64,000 nucleotides of DNA from Oscillibacter sp. (GCA_017446225.1 JAFSRH010000036.1:9826-73825); one strand, 5' to 3'; positions 42,711 to 52,846 are shown, counted from the first letter of the stretch. Translations and numbers: made by a program. The notes: generated by a model from the letters alone, not told the origin.

Positions 42711-45035
42711 TCACATAGCGAAAATTTCGATAGCCTCTCCCGCGGCGGTGGCCTTGACCTGTGAAATCGGGTGGTCGTAACTGTCGATAATGCGGGAGGC
42801 CAGTTCGTCCTCAAGGTCCTTCTGAATCGTACGGCGCAGGTTTCTGGCCCCGTACGTGCGGGAGTACGACTTCTTTGTAAGGTACGCCACAAGGGCGTCA
42901 TCGTACGTGAACGTAATGCCCTTCTCCCGCAGGGAATCGCGCAGTTCGTTGAGCATGATACGGGCAATGTTGCCGAAGTTGTCCTCCGTCAGACGGTTGA
43001 ACGTAATCACGGCGTCCACGCGGTTGATGAATTCCGGCCGGAGGAACTGTTCCAGCGCTTTCATGGCGCGGTCACGGTCCTGTTCGTTGGCGGTCCGGTC
43101 GAATCCGACCGTGCCCTCTTTGGTCGCGCTCCCGGCGTTGGAGGTCATGACAATGATGGTGTTTTCAAAGTTGACTTTGCGTCCGTGGGCGTCCGTGATT
43201 TCCCCATCGTCCAGAATCTGCAAAAGGACGTTCATCACATCCGGGTGGGCCTTTTCGATTTCATCGAACAGAATCACGGCGTAAGGCTTGCGGCGAATCT
43301 TTTCGGTAAGCTGTCCGGCCTCGTCATAGCCCACGTAGCCCGGGGGAGAGCCGACAATCCGGGAAACGGAGTGTTTTTCCATGAACTCCGACATATCCAG
43401 ACGGATCAGAGAGTCGGGCGTATTAAACAGGTCGTTGGCAAGCTGTTTGACCAGTTCCGTTTTCCCAACGCCGGTCGGGCCGACAAAGATAAAACTCACC
43501 GGCTTGTGTTTCGGACTGATCCCCACCCGGTTCCGGCGCACGGCGGCGGCCACGGCGGCTACGGCCTCGTCCTGTCCGACAAGATGTGTTTTTAAGCGTT
43601 CTTCCAAGTGGCTGAGGCGTTGGAACTCCTGTTCCCGGATTTTGGACGCCGGAATTTTCGTCCAAAGCTCAATGACGTGCGCGAGATTTTCCATGGTCAG
43701 TTCGGGGTCTCCGAGTTCCAGAAGCCGGTCCAGTTCCGTATGAAGGTTGATTTCCTGACTTTTCAGAAACGCCAGACGTTCATAGTCCGGTTCCTGTCCC
43801 TGCGCGCGGCGTTCCTCGATGAGATTCCGTTCTTTTTCGTAATCGTCCAGTTCCCGTTGAATCTGCATACGGCGGGAGATGTTGCGGTCCTTGAGGTTCA
43901 GGTCGGAACAGGCCTCGTCAATCAGGTCAATGGCCTTATCGGGGAGGAAACGGTCGGTAATATAGCGTTCGGAGAGCAAAACCGCCTGACGTAAAATCCC
44001 TTCGGAGAGTTTGACGCCGTGGAAGGCCTCATAACGGGGGGCCAGTCCCTTGAGAATCTGCACGGAGTCCTCAATAGAGGGTTCGTTTACGGTCACGGGC
44101 TGGAAACGGCGTTCCAGCGCGGTGTCCTTCTCAATGGAACGGCGGTATTCGTTGAACGTGGTGGCGCCGATGACCTGTATCTCCCCGCGTGACAGGGCGG
44201 GCTTCAAGATGTTGGCGGCGTTCATACTGCCTTCGGCGTCCCCGGCCCCGGCCAGATTGTGGACCTCGTCAATCATGAGAATGATGTTGCCCAGCGCGCG
44301 GATTTCGTTAATCAGGCCCTTCATACGGCTTTCAAACTGTCCGCGGAACTGCGTCCCGGCCACCAGCGCGGTAAGGTCCAGAAGGTGCACTTCCTTTTCC
44401 CGGAGTTTGAACGGCACGTCTCCCTTGACAATCCTTTGTGCCAGTCCTTCCGCGATGGCGGTCTTGCCTACGCCCGGTTCCCCGATCAGACAGGGGTTGT
44501 TTTTCTGCCGCCGGTTGAGAATCTGTACCACCCGTTCAATTTCTTCCTCGCGGCCAATAACGGGGTCAAGTTTCCCCTCCTTGGCCCGTTCGGTGAGGCA
44601 GATACAGTAATTGTTAAGAAATTTGCGTCCGGGCGTCCGGGCCTTGGCGCTCTTCCGGTTTTCATGTTCGCGGTTCTCCTGCGGAGGCGTGGGGGAAGCG
44701 TTGCGGTCGCTGTTGGAGAAAAGGCGGTTCATAAAAGGGAAGGTGGCGGTATGGCCCTGTTCTTCCTCCTCCTCTTCGTCCTCGTTGTCGTTCTCCTCTT
44801 CGGAGCCGTTCATGTCCTCCATGTCCTGCATGGCGGCGAGCATATCCGTGCTGAGAACTTCCAAATCGTCATCGGAAATTCCCATTCGTTTCATCATCTC
44901 GTCTACCTGCGGCAGACCGACCTTCCGCGCGCAACTTAGACACAGGCCTTCACTGGTAGTTTTGTCGCCCTCCAACTTTGAAATGAACACCACGGCGACA
45001 TTTTTCTTACATCTGCTGCAAAGAGTTGGCTGCAT
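42711..45035 (-). CDS. clpE: Clp/Hsp100 AAA+ ATPase, ClpE-type (N-terminal zinc ribbon instead of Clp_N repeats; two AAA modules; VGF ClpP-docking loop)
   Basis: CSRCKKN...CLSCARK zinc ribbon followed by an acidic linker. GEPGVGKTAIAEG and GPTGVGKTELVK Walker A motifs. GTVGFD loop. Confidence 0.88.
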   Translation of the reverse strand: MQPTLCSRCKKNVAVVFISKLEGDKTTSEGLCLSCARKVGLPQVDEMMKRMGISDDDLEVLSTDMLAAMQDMEDMNGSEEENDNEDEEEEEEQGHTATFPFMNRLFSNSDRNASPTPPQENREHENRKSAKARTPGRKFLNNYCICLTERAKEGKLDPVIGREEEIERVVQILNRRQKNNPCLIGEPGVGKTAIAEGLAQRIVKGDVPFKLREKEVHLLDLTALVAGTQFRGQFESRMKGLINEIRALGNIILMIDEVHNLAGAGDAEGSMNAANILKPALSRGEIQVIGATTFNEYRRSIEKDTALERRFQPVTVNEPSIEDSVQILKGLAPRYEAFHGVKLSEGILRQAVLLSERYITDRFLPDKAIDLIDEACSDLNLKDRNISRRMQIQRELDDYEKERNLIEERRAQGQEPDYERLAFLKSQEINLHTELDRLLELGDPELTMENLAHVIELWTKIPASKIREQEFQRLSHLEERLKTHLVGQDEAVAAVAAAVRRNRVGISPKHKPVSFIFVGPTGVGKTELVKQLANDLFNTPDSLIRLDMSEFMEKHSVSRIVGSPPGYVGYDEAGQLTEKIRRKPYAVILFDEIEKAHPDVMNVLLQILDDGEITDAHGRKVNFENTIIVMTSNAGSATKEGTVGFDRTANEQDRDRAMKALEQFLRPEFINRVDAVITFNRLTEDNFGNIARIMLNELRDSLREKGITFTYDDALVAYLTKKSYSRTYGARNLRRTIQKDLEDELASRIIDSYDHPISQVKATAAGEAIEIFAM

Positions 45036-45106
45036 AGTAATCCTCCCGCGGCGGGAAAAAGTTTCCGTTCCGCCGCTTATGATGATTTTTGTATGTTCCG
45101 TCCGTT

Positions 45107-45886
45107 TCAGGGGAAGGACAGGGACGGGAGCCAGACGGACAGGAATTTCAGGGCGCGGCTGTCCGACACGCCCTCAATCCCCGCGAAGGCGAACCGCAAC
45201 AGAAACGCCGCGGCAATGAGCAGTACAAGGCCCTGTATGAGACCGAGCACGAACCCGCCGGTCATATTGACGGAGCGGAGTCCGGGAATGGCCTTCACGC
45301 CGTCCAGAGAGCGAAAGACGATTTTCAGCACAAAGGACAGTATCATGAAGGAAAGGACGTACAACAGGCCGTGGACAATCGGCCGCACGATTTCCTTCAA
45401 AACCGCGGAAAGGGCCTGTGAAATGGTACCGCTGAACGTTTTCCGCATTTCCTCGAAGCGTTCCCGCAAGGAGTCGGTCACGGTACCGGGGAGCGTGTGT
45501 TCCGCTTTGAGGCGGTCAAAGAGTTCGGAGAGAAAGTCGAAGCGTAACGCGTTAAAACTGGTTTCCTCCAGCGCGCTTTCCAGACTTTCTTCCGCCTGTG
45601 TTTCCGCGTAGCCGCTGATGAGGCGGTTCCAGTCCTGACCGTCCATGGCCTTTTCCACGGCGTCCGTAACGCGGGATTCCAACGCCGGCGTGACCATGTC
45701 CGTGACTTGGTCCGCAAACTGCGCGGCGATAAAAGTCGCGCCGACCAGAGACAGGATGACCACGGCCAATCCGGCCAGCATACGAATCATGCCGCGGTAG
45801 GCCCCGATCAACGCGCACAGAAGCACCAGCAGAACCGCGCCGCAGTCAATGACGGTTGTCAGGGTATCGCCTGAGATATCTGTCAT
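45107..45886 (-). CDS. cvpA: CvpA-family membrane protein
   Basis: N-terminal IDCGAVLLVLLCALIGAYRGMIRMLAGL pattern; 4 TM segments separated by a soluble acidic insert. Confidence 0.7.
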   Translation of the reverse strand: MTDISGDTLTTVIDCGAVLLVLLCALIGAYRGMIRMLAGLAVVILSLVGATFIAAQFADQVTDMVTPALESRVTDAVEKAMDGQDWNRLISGYAETQAEESLESALEETSFNALRFDFLSELFDRLKAEHTLPGTVTDSLRERFEEMRKTFSGTISQALSAVLKEIVRPIVHGLLYVLSFMILSFVLKIVFRSLDGVKAIPGLRSVNMTGGFVLGLIQGLVLLIAAAFLLRFAFAGIEGVSDSRALKFLSVWLPSLSFP

Positions 45887-45920
45887 GAAAATTCCTCTTT
45901 TCTGTGGAAAATCGGCGGTT

Positions 45921-47183
45921 TCAGGGAAGGAACAACTGCGCGGAAGAGCCGCCCAAAAGCAACGCGGAGCCGTCCGGACGCATCAGCACGCTTTGCACGT
46001 TCTCCGTGCCGCTGAGGGAAGCGTACACCCCCAAAGCCAGATTATACACTACAAGTCGGTCCGTGTAAAGAGCCGCGACATAGCGTCCGGCGGCGGAAAT
46101 GTCGACCACTTCCTCCATCACGTCCACGGAACCGAGTTCTTCCCCGTTGTCGTCCACGGTGACGAGGCGTCCGACGCTGCCGGACTGATACCGGCTCAGA
46201 TAGAGCGCGGAAAAGCCGTTCCCGGCCAAATCGTACTCACGAAGCCACGCGTCTTGAAACTCGTAACGGGCATCGATGGTACCGTCCGGGGCCAGACAGG
46301 CAAGACAGGTGTCACAAACCGCGTTCAGGCCGGAACCGCGCTGTGTGAGTTCGACCGCCAGCGCGTCGGGAAGGTTGCATTCGGCCTCCGGTTCCGTCTG
46401 GTCGAGGCGGTAGTAAAGAATGTCGCTGAGAAACACGCTGTCCTGCTGTCCGAGCGTGACGGCGGCCACGCGGCGGTTATCGTTGAGCACACAGGCGTCC
46501 GCGACAAAACGGCGGGAGGAGTGAAATTCAAAGACGGGTTTCATCCGCATATCGTAGACGCGGACCGTACCCTTGTAGCCCTGCCGCCCTGCCGTCACGG
46601 CAAGCCAGCCGTTTTTGTTCAGGCGCGCCGAGAGAAACGGACCGTCGTCTTCCGAAGTCAGGGACAGGAGCGGGCCGCTTTCGCCCAGCACGTACAATTC
46701 CGAGCCGCCCACGTCCCACGCTACGACCCGGTTTCCGTTGGCGGAAAGCGCGGGCGTACTCATACGGACGGGCTGTGACCAGACTTCTTCCCCGTTCGCG
46801 CCCAAAAGCCGCAAACTGGCATCGGTCAGGACAACGAGCGTGTCGCCCAAGGAGGCGAAGCGGGAGAGCGTGGACGCCGGGTAACTGTAGAGCTTGTCAG
46901 TGTCCCGGCTCCCGTAGCGGAGGTAACGCCGGACGGCGTCAAGGCCGGTCCCGTGCCCGAGGGTGGACAAGAGCGCCGCGCCGAGGGCCAGCCAGAGCAG
47001 GACCAGTACGGCAACGCGTTCGGGGAGGGTCCAAGGACGCTCAAACGGGCGACGGTTCCGGTTGGCCGCGTCCGCGGGGAGCCGGACATCATCCATCGTG
47101 TGATCGGAAAAGTTTTCCCAGCGGAATTCCTCATCCGTATCGGGTACGGAAGGGTCCCTGTCGGATTCGTGGAAATCATTCAT
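45921..47183 (-). CDS. Hypothetical single-pass membrane protein with a repeated beta-strand-rich ectodomain (DUF5711-like; weak assignment)
   Basis: Acidic cytoplasmic N-terminus, one TM (VAVLVLLWLALGAALLSTL), then about 330 aa of propeller-like repeats. Translationally coupled upstream of cvpA and downstream of truA. Confidence 0.55.
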   Translation of the reverse strand: MNDFHESDRDPSVPDTDEEFRWENFSDHTMDDVRLPADAANRNRRPFERPWTLPERVAVLVLLWLALGAALLSTLGHGTGLDAVRRYLRYGSRDTDKLYSYPASTLSRFASLGDTLVVLTDASLRLLGANGEEVWSQPVRMSTPALSANGNRVVAWDVGGSELYVLGESGPLLSLTSEDDGPFLSARLNKNGWLAVTAGRQGYKGTVRVYDMRMKPVFEFHSSRRFVADACVLNDNRRVAAVTLGQQDSVFLSDILYYRLDQTEPEAECNLPDALAVELTQRGSGLNAVCDTCLACLAPDGTIDARYEFQDAWLREYDLAGNGFSALYLSRYQSGSVGRLVTVDDNGEELGSVDVMEEVVDISAAGRYVAALYTDRLVVYNLALGVYASLSGTENVQSVLMRPDGSALLLGGSSAQLFLP

Positions 47184-47955
47184 TCAGGCGTTCATCCTCA
47201 TACCAAAGTTTTGTAAGGTACAGTCCGCCGGGGGGGACCGTGGGACCGGCGGCGGAGCGGTCCCCGCGCTCTAAAATGCCGGGGATGTCCTCCGGGGACA
47301 GCTTCCCTTCCGCCGCGTACAGGACCGTGCCCGTAATCGCGCGGACCATATTGTACAGGAACCCGTCCGCACAGACGCGCAGTTCGAGTAAATCGCCCGT
47401 CCGCGTGACTTTGCACCAGTAAACGTGCCGGACCGTGGTCCGGGTTTCGGTGCCCACGGAACGCACGGCGCGGAAGTCGTGGGTCCCCTCGAACATCTCC
47501 GCCGCGCGGTTCATGAGCGTTTCGTCCAGACGTTTCGGATAAAAACAGGCGCGGTTGACAAAAAAGGGATTCCGCACCCGGGAATTGTAAATCCGGTACG
47601 TGTACTCCTTGCGCCGACAGGACGTAATGGCGTTGAAGTCGGGCGCGGCCTCCACCGCCCCCCGGATTGCGATATCTTCCGGCGTATGCGTGTTCACGGC
47701 GAACGGGAGGCGGTCAACCGGAATCCGGGATTCCGTACGAAAATTTGCCACGTAGCGTTCGGCGTGCACGCCGGCGTCCGTACGCCCGCACCCGGTGAGG
47801 CGTACGCGTTCGCCGGTGATTTTGCCCAGCGCCTTTTCCAGCGTGGCGCAGACGGAGACCGCGTTTTTCTGTACCTGCCAGCCGTGGTACGCGGTCCCGT
47901 TGTACATCAGTTTCAGCGCGATATTCCGCACGCTTACGCCTCCTTTCCGCGTCAC
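47176..47955 (-). CDS. truA: tRNA pseudouridine(38-40) synthase TruA
   Basis: YNGTAYHGWQVQ and GCGRTDAGVHA (catalytic Asp) motifs. GTG start overlaps the ecfT stop. Confidence 0.92.
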   Translation of the reverse strand: MTRKGGVSVRNIALKLMYNGTAYHGWQVQKNAVSVCATLEKALGKITGERVRLTGCGRTDAGVHAERYVANFRTESRIPVDRLPFAVNTHTPEDIAIRGAVEAAPDFNAITSCRRKEYTYRIYNSRVRNPFFVNRACFYPKRLDETLMNRAAEMFEGTHDFRAVRSVGTETRTTVRHVYWCKVTRTGDLLELRVCADGFLYNMVRAITGTVLYAAEGKLSPEDIPGILERGDRSAAGPTVPPGGLYLTKLWYEDERLNE

Positions 47956-48758
47956 CAGCCGAAACGCCCCAGCACAAACACAAACAGACAGATTCCGCCG
48001 CCCATGGCCAGCGCCCTATAGTCCCGCCGCGCGTAGCGCAGAATATGCAGACGCGTCCGGCCCTCCCCGCCGTGGTAACAGCGGCACTCCATGGCCGTTG
48101 CGAGTTCATCGGCGCGCCGGAACGCGCTGACAAACAGCGGTACCAGTATCGGTATCATAGCTTTTGCGCGCTGAATCAGGTTGCCGCCCTCCAAATCGGC
48201 CCCGCGCGCTTTCTGGGCCGACATGATTTTGTCCGTCTCTTCAATCAGAGTCGGGATAAACCGGAGCGCGATCGACATCATCATGGACAGTTCGTGTACC
48301 GGGACGCGGAAGCGTTTCAGGCCGCCGAGCAGATTTTCCAAGGCGTCCGTCAGGCTGATGGGGCTTGTGGTGTACGTCATGAGGAACGTTCCCATAATCA
48401 ACAGCATGATTCTAAGGACCATGAACACGGCGGTCCGGATTCCCGTATCCGTGACGGTCAGGAAGCCAAAGCGGAAAAATTCCCGGTCCCCGGGCGTAAA
48501 GAAGAGGTTGAGGACCGCCGTAAAGACAATGATAAACAGCACCGGCCGCAAGCCGCGCACCATGGCCCGCGGCGGCACGCGCGCCAGCCGTACGGACACA
48601 ATCAGACAGGCGCACATCACGGCATAGGTCACGAAGCCGTTCGCGCTGAACAGGGCGACAATATAGAGCGTGACCAGCAGAATTTTTGTGCGCGGGTCGA
48701 GACGGTGCGCGACTGTGTCGCCGGGGAAATATTGTCCAAGCGTGATGTCTTTCAGCAT
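47952..48758 (-). CDS. ecfT: Energy-coupling factor transporter transmembrane subunit EcfT
   Basis: LDPRTKILL..., IALRFIPTL and ARGA motifs. Follows the two EcfA genes. Confidence 0.9.
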   Translation of the reverse strand: MLKDITLGQYFPGDTVAHRLDPRTKILLVTLYIVALFSANGFVTYAVMCACLIVSVRLARVPPRAMVRGLRPVLFIIVFTAVLNLFFTPGDREFFRFGFLTVTDTGIRTAVFMVLRIMLLIMGTFLMTYTTSPISLTDALENLLGGLKRFRVPVHELSMMMSIALRFIPTLIEETDKIMSAQKARGADLEGGNLIQRAKAMIPILVPLFVSAFRRADELATAMECRCYHGGEGRTRLHILRYARRDYRALAMGGGICLFVFVLGRFGW

Positions 48759-49618
48759 GGGTCCGTCTCCTTTCGCAGACGCAGAATTTCCCGTTCGAGC
48801 GCGTCCACGGTGTACACGCCGGACGGAACCGGAACCCCGCGCTGACGTAAGGCCATCGCAATCCGGGCGGCGCGGGGGATATCCAGTCCCGCCGAAAGCA
48901 GTTCCTCCGGACGCGAAAAGATTTCCGGCGTGGTCCCGTCCATCAGAATCCGCGCCGATTTCATGACTAAAATTCTCTCCGCGTTCCGCGCGATTTCGTC
49001 CATACTGTGACTGACCAGCAGAATCGTTTTTCCCTGTTCGCGGTGATAGGCGCGGATATTCTCCATCAGGGTTTCGCGGCCCACGGGGTCAAGTCCGGCG
49101 GCAGGCTCGTCTAAAATCAGCACGTCCGGCTCCATGGCCAGTACGCCGGCCAGCGCGGCGCGGCGTTTCTGGCCGCCGGAGAGTTCAAACGGGGATTTGT
49201 CCAACTGGTCCTCCCGCAGTCCGACAAGGCGGGCGGCGTCCCGGACACAGCGGTCCAGTTCCGCGCCGCGCCGTCCCTGATTGGCCGGGCCAAAGGCGAT
49301 ATCTTTATAAACGGTCTCCTCAAAGAGCTGGTATTCCGGGTACTGGAACACCAGTCCCACGCGAAAACGGACGTCCCGTATTTTTTTCGGGTCGGCCCAG
49401 ATATCCTTGCCGTTAAGCAGGACCTGTCCCTCTGTGGGACGGAGAAGGCCGTTGAGGTGCTGAATGAGCGTGGACTTCCCGGAACCGGTGTGCCCTATGA
49501 TTCCGAGGAATTCCCCCCGGCCCACTTCAAAACTGACGTCTTTCACGGCGTCCCGCTGGAACGGCGTCCCGATACTGTACGTGTGGGTCAGGTGGCGGAC
49601 TTGTAAAATAGATTCCAA
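48752..49618 (-). CDS. ecfA2: ECF transporter ATPase EcfA2
   Basis: GHTGSGKSTL Walker A, LSGGQKRR signature, ILDEP Walker B. TTG start at 49618 (AAAGGA RBS) preferred over the longest ORF (49666), which would overlap ecfA1. Confidence 0.88.
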   Translation of the reverse strand: MESILQVRHLTHTYSIGTPFQRDAVKDVSFEVGRGEFLGIIGHTGSGKSTLIQHLNGLLRPTEGQVLLNGKDIWADPKKIRDVRFRVGLVFQYPEYQLFEETVYKDIAFGPANQGRRGAELDRCVRDAARLVGLREDQLDKSPFELSGGQKRRAALAGVLAMEPDVLILDEPAAGLDPVGRETLMENIRAYHREQGKTILLVSHSMDEIARNAERILVMKSARILMDGTTPEIFSRPEELLSAGLDIPRAARIAMALRQRGVPVPSGVYTVDALEREILRLRKETDPC

Positions 49619-49623
49619 TGCAG

Positions 49624-50463
49624 TTATCCTTTCCGGAAGAGGGCGTTTACAATGGCGTCCGCGCACTCTTCCACGGAGAGCGCGTCCAGCGGAAGAGAAA
49701 AGCCGCGCTGACAGAGCCGGTCCAAAAGCTCCACGGTCTCCGGCACGGTCAAGCCGGTATCGCGCAACTGCTCCACACGGGAAAACACTTCCTTTGGCGT
49801 GCCGTCCATGACAATCCGCCCATCGTCCATGACAATCACGCGGTCGGCGTCCTCGGCCTCGTTCATGTGGTGCGTGATGAGCAGGACGGTAATTCCCTGT
49901 TCCCGGTTGAGGCGGCGGACGGTGGCGAGCACTTCCCGGCGTCCCGCGGGGTCCAGCATGGCGGTAGCCTCGTCCAGCACGATACAGTCCGGGCGCATGG
50001 CCAGTACGCCCGCGATAGCGATTCTCTGTTTTTGTCCGCCGGAAAGCAGGTGCGGGGCATGGGTCACGAATTCGCTCATTCCCACGGCCTGTAACGCCTC
50101 GTCCACGCGTACGCGGATTTCCTCCGGCGGTACGCCCAGATTCTCCGGGGCAAAGGCTACGTCCTCTTCCACCACGTTCGCCACGATCTGGTTATCGGGG
50201 TTCTGAAAGACCATTCCCACGCGCTGACGGACGGAGAGCAGTTCGGCCTCGTTGCGGGTGTCCGTACCCTCCACGTATACCGCCCCCTCATCGGGCAGAA
50301 GGACCGCGTTGCACATCTTCGCGAACGTGGACTTTCCGGAGCCGTTATGCCCCAGCGCTACGACAAACGTCCCGCGCTCTATGGACACGTCCACGCCGTC
50401 CAGCGCGGGCGTTTCCGGGGCGTAGGCGAAGCGTACGCCGTCCGCCTGTATCATAACTGCCAT
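49624..50463 (-). CDS. ecfA1: ECF transporter ATPase EcfA1
   Basis: Trimmed to MAVMIQADGVRFAY. GHNGSGKST, LSGGQKQR and VLDEATAMLDP motifs. Confidence 0.9.
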   Translation of the reverse strand: MAVMIQADGVRFAYAPETPALDGVDVSIERGTFVVALGHNGSGKSTFAKMCNAVLLPDEGAVYVEGTDTRNEAELLSVRQRVGMVFQNPDNQIVANVVEEDVAFAPENLGVPPEEIRVRVDEALQAVGMSEFVTHAPHLLSGGQKQRIAIAGVLAMRPDCIVLDEATAMLDPAGRREVLATVRRLNREQGITVLLITHHMNEAEDADRVIVMDDGRIVMDGTPKEVFSRVEQLRDTGLTVPETVELLDRLCQRGFSLPLDALSVEECADAIVNALFRKG

Positions 50464-50476
50464 GCGCAAATTCCTT

Positions 50477-51406
50477 TCACAGTTCGGCGGTCCAACGCCC
50501 CGCCGCGCCGCAGGGCAACACAAGGCCCGATTCCGTTACGGGCAGACCGATTTCGTCCCAGACCACGGTTCCCCCGAACCGCGGTTTCAGGAGCAGGTTT
50601 AACAAGTACCCCGTCACGGACGGGGCCAGTCCGGCAGTATAGGAGCTGATCAGGAAAAACAGGGGGCGGTCGGAGAGTACGCCCACACACAGTTTGACCA
50701 GATCGTATAACTGTTCCTCAATCTTCCACATTTCGCCGCCGGGGCCGCGGCCGTAACTTGGCGGGTCCATGATGACGGCGTCATAACGCCGCCCGCGCCG
50801 GATTTCACGTTCCACGAACTTCACGCAGTCATCGACAATCCAGCGGACGGAGGCTTTTTCCAGTCCGGACAGGCGCGCGTTCTCCCGCGCCCACGCGACC
50901 ATACCCTTGGCCGCGTCCACGTGGCACACGCTCGCGCCCGCCTTCGCGCACGCCACGGTTGCGGCGCCCGTGTACGCGAACAGATTCAGCACGCGTACGG
51001 CGTCCGCGTTGCCGCGCGGAAAGAGGCCGGAAAGCAGTCCGCCCTTTTCGGGTGCCGGCTCCGGCGCGGGGACACGCGCAATCTGTTCGCGTACAAAGTC
51101 CCAGTTGCACGCCTGTTCGGGAAACAGTCCGGTGTGTTTAAAGTTCATGGGCTTGATGTGAAAGGTCAGGTCCCCGTACGCCACGGGCCAGTTTTCGGGA
51201 AGGTCGTTGGCCTCCCAATGGCCGCCGCCGGTCCGCGAACGCTCGTAACGCGCCCCGGCCTGCCGCCACAGCGGATGGTTCCGGGGCGTGTTCCAAATGA
51301 CCTGCGGGTCCGGGCGGATCAGGATTTCCCCGCCCCAGCGTTCCAAGCGTTCCCCGCCGCTGCAATCAATCAATTCATAGTCTTTCCATTTGTCCGCAAT
51401 CCACAT
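50477..51406 (-). CDS. Class I SAM-dependent methyltransferase (COG1092/RlmI-like core without PUA)
   Basis: VLNLFAYTGAATVA (motif I) and IMDPPSYG (motif IV, DPP[FY]). Confidence 0.8.
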   Translation of the reverse strand: MWIADKWKDYELIDCSGGERLERWGGEILIRPDPQVIWNTPRNHPLWRQAGARYERSRTGGGHWEANDLPENWPVAYGDLTFHIKPMNFKHTGLFPEQACNWDFVREQIARVPAPEPAPEKGGLLSGLFPRGNADAVRVLNLFAYTGAATVACAKAGASVCHVDAAKGMVAWARENARLSGLEKASVRWIVDDCVKFVEREIRRGRRYDAVIMDPPSYGRGPGGEMWKIEEQLYDLVKLCVGVLSDRPLFFLISSYTAGLAPSVTGYLLNLLLKPRFGGTVVWDEIGLPVTESGLVLPCGAAGRWTAEL

Positions 51407-51439
51407 ATATGCTTTCCTTCCTGTACACGGCCGCTTTTG

Positions 51440-52102
51440 TCACTCGTAGCGTATGTTCAAGCGGTAGGCGTCCATGCCGGGCGTAGTCCGGAGCAACGCT
51501 TCAATCACCGCGCCGCTTTGTTCCTGCGCCTGACGCGGCAAGCCCAGATCCACGGCTTTGGATTCCATGGCGTCCTTCTGCGTCTGCCGGAATTGCGTGA
51601 TGTCGTCAATATGAATCCGGTTGAACAGGCCGTTTTTCTCGTCCAGCGCGCGGAAGCCCTCTTCCGGAATCTCGTGGGAGATAATCTTGCTTCGCGGCAC
51701 GGTGACCGTTACGCTTTTCGCCGCCTCGCTGACGCGGATTTCCACCGCGCTGAGGTCCACGCCGTACTTGATCACGCCGTCATAGGAGACAATGAAACTT
51801 TTCCCCGTAAAGGGTACGCTCTGTCCGAACAGAACATGACCCGGAAATTCGGCCTTGTCGGCGTTGGTGTAGTGGTACTCCACCGTCACGAGGTCCTTTA
51901 CGTACTGGAGTTCTTCCTTGAGAATGGAGCCGGTAATCGTGGGGCTGACGGGCTGGTTGGTGTCCAGATAGCCCACGGCGCACAAAGCCAGCGCCGCGCC
52001 GAGGATCAGCGCGAACAGAAAGAGCCTGACACGGGACGGCCCGCGCCGCTTCCCCGTCTCCTCCGATTCCTCATCGGCTTTACTTCGCGTATTCCACTTC
52101 AA
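51440..52102 (-). CDS. DUF4230 domain-containing membrane-anchored protein (paralogue 2)
   Basis: TM anchor followed by YHYTNADK...IVSYDGVIKYGVDLS...ISHEIPEEGFR. Clear paralogue of the upstream gene. TTG start, so the N-terminus is uncertain. Confidence 0.7.
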   Translation of the reverse strand: MKWNTRSKADEESEETGKRRGPSRVRLFLFALILGAALALCAVGYLDTNQPVSPTITGSILKEELQYVKDLVTVEYHYTNADKAEFPGHVLFGQSVPFTGKSFIVSYDGVIKYGVDLSAVEIRVSEAAKSVTVTVPRSKIISHEIPEEGFRALDEKNGLFNRIHIDDITQFRQTQKDAMESKAVDLGLPRQAQEQSGAVIEALLRTTPGMDAYRLNIRYE

Positions 52103-52784
52103 GCGTGTATTCCTCCATTCCGGGCACGGCGCGCAACAGCGCGGAGATGGCTTCCCCGGACTGTTCCTGCGCTTTTTGAGGCATATCCAACTCTTCCGCG
52201 CGGTTCTCCATCTTGTCCTTCTGCGTCATGCGGAACATGGTGACATCGTCAATGTTGATTTTGTTAAACAGTCCGTTGGACTCGTAGAGGACCCGGAAGC
52301 CCTCCTCCGGGATTTCGTGCGAAATGATTTTCGCGCGCGGAATCTCCACCGTTACAGTCTTGGCAATGCCGTTGACCGACAAACTTACCTGACTGACGTC
52401 CACGCCGTACTTGATCACGCCGTCATAGGAAATAATGAACGCCTTTTTCGTCCACGGGACCGGAATCGTGTTAAAGAGTTTTTTTCCGGGGAGTTCCTGC
52501 TTGTCGGCGTCCGTGTAGTGGTACTCGACCGTCACAAGGTCCCGGACGTACTCCAACTGTTCGCGGAGCAGTTCGCTGGTAATTCCGGGTTCGGGCTGGA
52601 CCATGTCGGCCTGAGAGGCAATCGCGGCGACCAGAAGCGCGGCCAGTACCGCCACCGCCAGCAAAAAGCCCTGAAACATCCGGGCACGGAACATCCGGTT
52701 CCGGCGCCGGGGCGCGTCCGCGGACTCTGACAGGTCCCGCTCCCGGACAGCCTGCCGGGCCTGAACCTTATGTTTTTTGCTCAT
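52080..52784 (-). CDS. DUF4230 domain-containing membrane-anchored protein (paralogue 1)
   Basis: Trimmed to MSKKHKVQARQ. Same architecture and near-identical motifs (YHYTDADK...IISYDGVIKYGVDVS...ISHEIPEEGFR). Confidence 0.7.
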   Translation of the reverse strand: MSKKHKVQARQAVRERDLSESADAPRRRNRMFRARMFQGFLLAVAVLAALLVAAIASQADMVQPEPGITSELLREQLEYVRDLVTVEYHYTDADKQELPGKKLFNTIPVPWTKKAFIISYDGVIKYGVDVSQVSLSVNGIAKTVTVEIPRAKIISHEIPEEGFRVLYESNGLFNKINIDDVTMFRMTQKDKMENRAEELDMPQKAQEQSGEAISALLRAVPGMEEYTLEVEYAK

Positions 52785-52812
52785 GGTAAGGAAACCTCTT
52801 TCTTTCCTTGGA

Positions 52813-52846
52813 ATATCGGGACATTCCCGGCGTTTTTGACATTGTA
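52813..52846 (-). promoter_or_regulatory. Promoter candidates for the DUF4230 pair: an extended -10 (TGgTACAAT) and an overlapping sigma-D-like element (CAAA-N14-CCCGATAT)
   Basis: Both read on the minus strand between the yjfB terminator and the ATG at 52784. The sigma-D -10 matches 7/8. Confidence 0.35.

Noticed and set aside
45036-45106. CtsR or CIRCE operator upstream of the clpE-type gene
   Set aside because: I looked for the GGTCAAA direct repeat and the TTAGCACTC-N9-GAGTGCTAA inverted repeat. Neither is present in the 70-nt spacer.
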